This document shows, one piece after another, positions 63,506 through 64,000 of a stretch of 64,000 nt of DNA. The stretch is from positions 87,174,001-87,238,000 of the forward strand of contig CM059432.1 in the NCBI GenBank assembly GCA_030390025.1. Reading direction: 5' to 3'. The notes under the pieces were generated by a model. The model was not told where the DNA came from. It did no database searches and was given only the letters and a program-made list of their open reading frames with translations. The translations under genes were made by a program, and so were the position numbers. The DNA comes from Squalus acanthias. Lineage: Eukaryota. How positions within the stretch are numbered: position 1 is the first letter of the stretch; each line of letters starts with the position of its first letter.

Positions 63506-64000
63506 AATTACTGATTACTTACACACTTCCACAGGACCACATGACTAGTACTACCAACAGCAAGTACTCCCTCCCATTTGCTACAAATAAACAAAATAAA
63601 TGTTTATTTTTCTTATACCTCTGGTGTCGGGGGTCAATTAAATAACGTTGTGTAAAGTGTATTTAAACACATGTGGTATCAGTCATTACTAAAATGGATT
63701 AGAAAGAAAGATTAAAAAATGACAACAGACTATACAACTTTTGATAAACTTTCAAATAATCAAAGATAGCTACAAAAAAGTAGTTTAAAAAAAAACAGGT
63801 TTGCATCTCTTTGTAAGTATCTCCCCAAAAGATAGGTTGCATTGTTCTGAAGCATTTCTATACAGTTACCCTTCACAGTTAATCATAACATTATCCTCAG
63901 AAGGAGAGTCATGCTAACATCTCCTGAACATCAGGCAACAGACAGAAGTGAAATAACCAATGGAAGTGAACAAGAAAAAAATCTCACTACAGCTGATGGA

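Overview
Eukaryotic, repeat-dense vertebrate DNA. The repeat families (SacSINE1/DeuSINE-like SINEs, CR1/L2 LINEs, Penelope-type terminal repeats, many PIF/Harbinger derivatives) point to a cartilaginous fish, probably a shark. One host gene is supported: the 3' part of a junctophilin (JPH1-like) gene on the minus strand. It has a 647-nt proline-rich exon (18275-18921), the transmembrane-anchor exon (12964-13059), a 109-nt 3'UTR intron and a ~1.9-kb terminal exon. I could not find its upstream MORN-repeat exons, so most of 18.9-64 kb is probably intron. The rest is deeply nested transposon sequence. Most notable are: (1) a young, TSD-flanked 242-bp Penelope-type palindrome with a minimal hammerhead ribozyme motif on each strand; (2) a hAT/Charlie element with an exact 8-bp TSD carrying an exon-like GC-rich cargo that ends in a splice donor; (3) a Harbinger derivative whose interior is replaced by ~830 bp of foreign DNA; (4) a decayed two-gene Harbinger; (5) a perfect E-box-rich minisatellite next to the JPH exon. 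All family assignments come from recognised motifs, not database searches. Many repeat boundaries are approximate.
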